From Octopus vulgaris (lineage: Eukaryota), in NCBI GenBank assembly GCA_951406725.2, contig OX597830.1, forward strand, positions 30,380,001-30,444,000: a stretch of DNA of 64,000 bases, written 5' to 3'. A program made the position numbers and the translations under genes. The notes below the pieces were generated by a model. That model saw only the letters and a program-made list of their open reading frames with translations. It did not search any database and was not told the origin of the DNA. Below, in pieces: positions 55,787 through 64,000 of this stretch. Position 1 is the first letter of the stretch, and every line of letters starts with the position of its first letter.

Positions 55787-57028
55787 ATATATATATACAC
55801 ACACATAAAAGCACACAGGCATACATACACACATACACACATACATACACGCACACACACACACACATACACACGCACACACACACACTGAACTAGTCGC
55901 CTGAGAACCGGAAACGTGGAACCCTGAGTAGCGACCTACTTGGATAAACAACATTGCAATACAGATAATGATGATGATGATGATGACGACGACAACAACG
56001 ACGACGATGATGGTGATGACTACGATGACGACGACGATAAATTCTATATAAACAACCATATTTGGGTGAAGTTTATAAATAGAACGAAAATATAAATAAG
56101 ACGACGACGAAAATGACTGTCTCGTTTTACACTTCATCAAGATACTGGGGTTTCAGATGAACTAATATTGTGGTAGGCTATGGTGGTGGTGGTGGTTGCA
56201 GTGGGAGGTGGATATGATACTGGTGATGGTGGAATCGGTAGGGGGGAGGTGGTGGTGGTGGTGGACTGTTGCAGTGGTGTGTGTTTGTGGTTTAATGTTT
56301 ATAGGAACGTCATTTCCTTGTAAGATTAACCTGTTGAATCATTCAACGATCATTTAGCGATCACGTATGCTATCTATCGACCCGAGGTGAAAATTGATCC
56401 CGGTACCAACAAAAGAATCTCTTTCATTCTTCGCCACCATCACTCTGTTCCTCTTGTGCATTTTCTCTCTTCTCCTCCAATCACCCCTTCTCTCTCTTTC
56501 ACTCTCCCTCTCTCTCTCTTTCACTCTCCCTCCCTCTCTCTCTCTCTCTTCACTCTCCCTCTCTATCTCCTTCTTTCTCTCTCACTAACTCTGACTCTCA
56601 TTCTCTCTAATTTTTAATCAGTCTTTTTCTACCTCTCACCTTCCCTTAATCTCTAACCATTACTTTAATCCCTCCTAATTCTAACTCATTCATTATCTTT
56701 AATATTCCTTCTCATTCATTCTAACTTTCCTTCTGTTATTTTATTCTCTGACACTCTTTCCCTTTCTCTCTCATTATATCTTACTGTTGCCTTTTCATTA
56801 TCTCTTGATTTTTCTTGTTTTTCTCGTGCTTTTTTTGTCTGTGTGTTTTTGTTTTTCAAACTGTCATTCATTTCTTCCATATACTATTCCGTGTTTTTGT
56901 TCATCAATATGTTTATGTGACCTCGATATCATATCATGTTATAGTTTACTTTACACTTACTCATACGCGCGCGTATGCATACATACACATATACATGCGT
57001 ACATATAAATATATTATATGTATAATAT

Positions 57029-57065
<37 letters not shown>

Positions 57066-57127
57066 CACATATGTATATATATATATGAATATATATGTAT
57101 TATATATGTATATGTATATATATACAC

Positions 57128-57164
<37 letters not shown>

Positions 57165-57369
57165 TGCAAACATGCATGCAAATATCTATACTTATACATA
57201 CATATATGTTATGTAGAAATACTTATACAAACATACATATATATAAATATATACATGCATATGTGGTGTATATATATATGTGTGTGCATGTGTGTGTGTG
57301 TGTGTGTGTGTGCCTGTGTGTATGTGTGTATGTGTGTAGGAGGTACATGCATGACATGTATGCATGTAT

Positions 57370-57409
<40 letters not shown>

Positions 57410-57727
57410 AGAAATTACGATTATCATAAGTTCATATTAGTAGTCCCTACGTACGATTCATCATTGCTTGGTGCCCAAGTGCATTGGGATGTTTAACCAG
57501 AATCGAACCCTTTCTGGTATTCTTTGTAACTTAATGCAAGAAAGTGTTCCATGATGATCCGTTCTTGATAAACAACCAATTGCATTTAGATTACACCCGA
57601 TCCAGGGTTTAAAAAAATAGTGAAACAGATATAGTAACTGAAAGCATAAGCCTGTATTTATCGTAATATGTCCTACATTTGCCCAATATTTCATAATTAG
57701 CTATTCTAATTATAATTGCGACTACAT

Positions 57728-58026
57728 GTGTTCCAGTTGATCTGATCAACAGAACAGCCTGCTCGTGAAACTAACCTACATGTGGCAGAGCACTCCACAG
57801 ACATGCTTTCTCTTAACGTTGCCCTCAGGGAGATTCAGCATGACACAGAGTGTGACAAAACTGGCCCTTTGAAATGCAGGTACAACTCATTGTGAGTGGC
57901 CTGGAGTAACTTGTAATGTTACTCCAATTGAGTGGTCTGGAGTAACTTGTAATGAAGTGACTTGCTTAAGGCCACAACGCACCACCAGGTATCGTGAGTC
58001 GAATACCCTCAGCAACGCGCCTTCAC
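57728..58026 (-). mobile_element. family-D SINE with a short internal duplication
   Basis: Reverse-complement tail GTTCCAGTTGATCTGATCAAC and head AACGCGCCTTCAC; GAGTGG(C/T)CTGGAGTAACTTGTAATG occurs twice. Confidence 0.75.
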
Positions 58027-58143
58027 ATACTAAGTATAGCAGTTGCTTAATTACTATCTCGGAACCAGACAGACTGATAATAATCCACACCAAGCTCTTA
58101 ACTTAAAAGTACCAGACACACATATTTTTGTACACCCAGAATA

Positions 58144-58192
<49 letters not shown>

Positions 58193-58458
58193 TGTACTAC
58201 TAATATAAGATGATGCTTTTTACAGAAAAAAATTTCATCAAAAAAAGAGCAGCATATTAGAATACCTTTAAAGGTTAAAATTATAAACAACTTATAAACA
58301 AGGGCAAAAGAAAATTATTAATACTGATAACAGACTTTTAAATCGTCAATTTCCATATATTATTATATACCCACTACAGAAATACGTTGTGCTGAAATCG
58401 AGAAAAGCTAGCCAACAGAATTTTTTTTTTAAAGTTCGTTATTTCTATATTGAATATG

Positions 58459-58490
<32 letters not shown>

Positions 58491-58721
58491 TGTATGTATG
58501 TATGTATGTATGTATGTTTGTATGTTTCCACCCAAGGTATTTTCAAATGCAAACTTATGGATATGTGTGTGTGCGTGCGTGTGTGTGTATGTGTATGTGG
58601 TGTGTGTGTGTGTATGTGTGTTTTGTAATTTAAATTGGATGTGAAATGACAAATTTGTAGTCAATGATGATAATTGATAAATAAATTAATTTATATCCAT
58701 TAATTCTCTCCATATTCAGAC

Positions 58722-58771
<50 letters not shown>

Positions 58772-58772
<1 letters not shown>

Positions 58773-59223
58773 GATCATGCCTCCCCATTGATATAACTGT
58801 CCCAATCGACATAAATGTATCTGTGAAGAACTACCAAAAACTGAGCAAGTATAAGGATCTTGAAACAAATTGGCAAAATGTGGAACCTCAAGACTAAATC
58901 AATATCTGTTATCATAGGTGCCCTTGGAATGATAGGAAAAGTGGCTGGTTGCTACCTAGCTCAGATACCAGGAAACCCCAAAAAGGCAGAAACTACCATA
59001 GGAACTACCCATATCCTACGTAAGATACTATGTAATCTCAAATTTTAAAACAATCTCGTAATTTTCTTGTTTTCTTAAACATTCTCTAGAACAATACTAT
59101 GTGCAAAAACAAATATATGATACCCCAGGCATAACACCAGCATGAACTTTTAACTTGTTGTCTCTTGAGATCTCTGGGTGAGACTTGGAGACAACTTGTA
59201 AAAATGCAAAGCTCAAGTCAAAC
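58772..59223 (+). mobile_element. short 3' fragment of an R4/Dong-clade LINE inside (TAA)n
   Basis: IDITVPIDINVSVKNYQKLSKYKDL and KMWNLKTKSISVIIGALGMI (RLE C-terminus). (TAA)n at 58723-58771 and 59225-59305. Confidence 0.88.
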
Positions 59224-61488
<2,265 letters not shown>

Positions 61489-61599
61489 TGATGATAATAA
61501 TAATATGTATATATATCCATATATATGCTTCGTTTTGGGATTTGGTTTGCAATATTCTTTATGTGAGTTCGTATGTTGAAGCATATTCTGTTGTGTCTG

Positions 61600-61952
61600 G
61601 GGAGAGGACAAACAAGGACAGACAAACGGATTAAGTCGATTATATCAACTCCAGTGCGTAACTGGTACATATTTAATCAACCCTGAAAGGATGAAAGGCA
61701 AAGTCGACCTCGGCGGAATTTGAACCCAGAACGTATCGGCAGATGAAATACCTATTTCTTTATTACCCACAAGGGGCTAAACGCAGAAGGGACAAACAAG
61801 TACAGACATAGGTATTAAGTCGATTACATCGACCCCAGTGCGTAACTGGTACTTAATTTATCGACCCCGAAAGGATGAAAGGCAAAGTCGACCTCGGCGA
61901 AATTTGAACCCAGAACGTGACGTTCTAACGTTTCTGTCGGCTTGCTGTCTTA
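61600..61952 (-). mobile_element. dimeric family-A SINE
   Basis: Two reverse-complement bodies joined at GAAATACCTATTTCTTTA. Confidence 0.85.
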
Positions 61953-62729
61953 AATTAGTGAAATAATAATGATAATTCTTTTCGGAAATTTAGACAAAAG
62001 ATTTCAAGGCATCTTTATATAAAAGCGTATGTAGATTTATATATGTGTATACGCACTCACACACAGAGACGCACACACCTAAATACATATACATGTGTGT
62101 GTGTGTGTATGCATGTAATATATGTTTTTGAGTATGTGTGCATACACATGTATGGAGAGAGAGAGAGGGGGAAGAGAGAAGATTATGAATTGAGAGAAAA
62201 AGATGAGATGTAGGACAGAATAATGAAAGAGTGAGTGTATGAATAAGGTAGATATAAAAGCTTGCCTCATGAGCAGAGGGAGAGACGGAGAGACGGAGAG
62301 AGAGAGTGAGTAAGAATAGTAGTGAGAGTGGTTCGGAAAGAGAGGAAGAGAGTAAAGTAAGGAGGGAGAAAGGAAGGGAGAGCAAGGAGCGCAGAGGTGA
62401 TGAGACATATGTGAAAGGTAATACATCTGATCTCTAGTGTTTCTTTATTTTGATATCTGTGCGTCGTGTTGACGTCTTTGAAAGGTTTGTATTGCAAATA
62501 GAGTTGGAAAGAGAGGGAGAGAGGGAGAGAGAGAGGGCGGGAAATGGTAGAGATAAGGCGGGAAATGGTGTGGTAACGTGTGTAATTAGAGCGTGAGAAA
62601 TGGGGAGAGGGGGGTAAATGGCGGATGTATGATATGCATGAAGATCGATCAATGATTCTTTAATTAGAACATCACATTCCTCATATCGACTGTTTTCATA
62701 TTCGAAGCCGTTATTTACAAACGTTGTTT

Positions 62730-62744
62730 CGTTGATGATGATGA

Positions 62745-62775
<31 letters not shown>

Positions 62776-63372
62776 GATGATGATCTTGTTGTTATTAATA
62801 TCATTGTCGATGATTTTTAATTTTAATGTTTTGTTTTCTCTGTTCTTCAATTTTTCCATGTCGCAGTTGTTATGGCCAAACAATTACTACGATTATTGTT
62901 GGTGCTGTTGCTGCTGCTACTGTTATCGTTGTTTTTGTTGTTGTTGTTGTTGTTGTTGTTATTGTTACGCATGGGCTGTTGTTGTTGTTGTTGTTGTTGT
63001 TATTGTTACGCATGGGCTGTTGTTGATATTAATAGTAATATTAATAAACATCATTATCACCATCATCATCATCATCATCGTCACAATCATCATCATCATC
63101 TCACCACCGCTACCGCCGCCGCTACCACCACCACTACCACCATCACCTTCCCCATCATCATCATTATCATCGTCATCATCCCACCATCGCCACCACCACC
63201 ACCATCACCTGCTCCATCATCATCATCATCATCATCGTCATCATCCCACCATCGTCACCACCACCACCATCACCTGCCCCATCATCATCTCACCATCGCC
63301 ACCACCACCACCATCACCTGCTCCATCATCATCATCATCATCGTTGTCGTCCTCGTCATCGTCATCAACGAG
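62730..63372. repeat. (TTG)n then (CAT)n/(CAC)n trinucleotide low-complexity region with short duplications
   Basis: Direct reading; GTTATTGTTACGCATGGGCTGTTG and CCACCATCACCTGCTCCATC each occur twice. Confidence 0.9.
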
Positions 63373-64000
63373 ATGATGAGAATATGGATGTGACGTGAGC
63401 AGGTGGCGGTGGGGTGGATTATGAAGATTATGAAGTTTATGAAACCATTCCAAATCCCACTTGGCCATGACCATCTCGCCTTATTTTCCAGTATGGCGAG
63501 CAACATTACACTTTATCACATTGATTAAAATAATGTGGTTCACTATACTAGAAAGCAAAGTGAGATAGTCATGGTCGGAATGCAACAACCTTTGGTCGTT
63601 GGAATGAATGCCCAATCAGAACTGATCTAAACAATAATTGCAACAGCAACGACAACAGCAATGACAACAACAATGAAATCCACGACAACGACAAAGAATT
63701 CTCAAAACCATTATAGATAGATATAAGAGTTAATAAATGTCACTTATTTAGAATACACTCACCTGTTGTTTTCATTTGACACATTCCGCTTCGTATATAT
63801 ATTCCGGTTATGAAATGAGAATTCCATACAAACGGAACAAAGTCTCAATATTTCTATTTCGAAGGCTCAGCACTAAAACAATGTTTTATTTTACCTAGGA
63901 ACCCCTTTGATTACTGTTTTATCCTGACGGGCCTCCATAATTAATCAATGTTAAAAGCTGATTTTGAAGAAACTTCTTCCAAAATTCCTATGCTGATTTT

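Noticed and set aside
59185-59305. N-terminus of the 495-aa ORF as a real protein start
   Set aside because: It starts at a TTG in the 3' UTR of the upstream fragment and reads through (ATA)n as poly-Ile. The true element is 5'-truncated at 59306.
62732-63393. His/Pro/Ser-rich protein-coding exon
   Set aside because: All frames are explained by (TTG)n, (CAT)n and (CAC)n repeats, with no non-repetitive coding context.

Overview
AT-rich animal non-coding DNA saturated with microsatellites and transposable-element debris. The SINE/LINE repertoire resembles, from recall and not from a search, that of Octopus/coleoid cephalopods. No host protein-coding exon can be supported, and nearly all ORFs in the track are translations of simple repeats. 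The real content is: (i) five copies of R4/Dong-type non-LTR retrotransposons (RT + zinc knuckle + restriction-like endonuclease), each abutting (TAA)n/(CAA)n microsatellites, including one near full-length decayed copy (5021-9272, minus) and one young 5'-truncated copy (59306-61356, plus); (ii) Penelope-like element (PLE) remnants, with about 11 minimal hammerhead-ribozyme-like motifs and five long palindromes; (iii) Tx1-like and RTE LINE fragments; (iv) mariner, maT-like, rosa-like and Tigger-like DNA transposon relics; (v) more than 30 tRNA-derived SINE copies with modular heads and tails; (vi) a 5'-truncated tRNA-Gly(TCC). The best candidate for an undescribed system is a ~275-bp element (29828-30111, minus) that joins a tRNA-type Pol III promoter to an intact minimal hammerhead ribozyme, i.e. 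a retrozyme-like or PLE-dependent SINE. Coordinates were read by eye and boundaries may be off by several bases.
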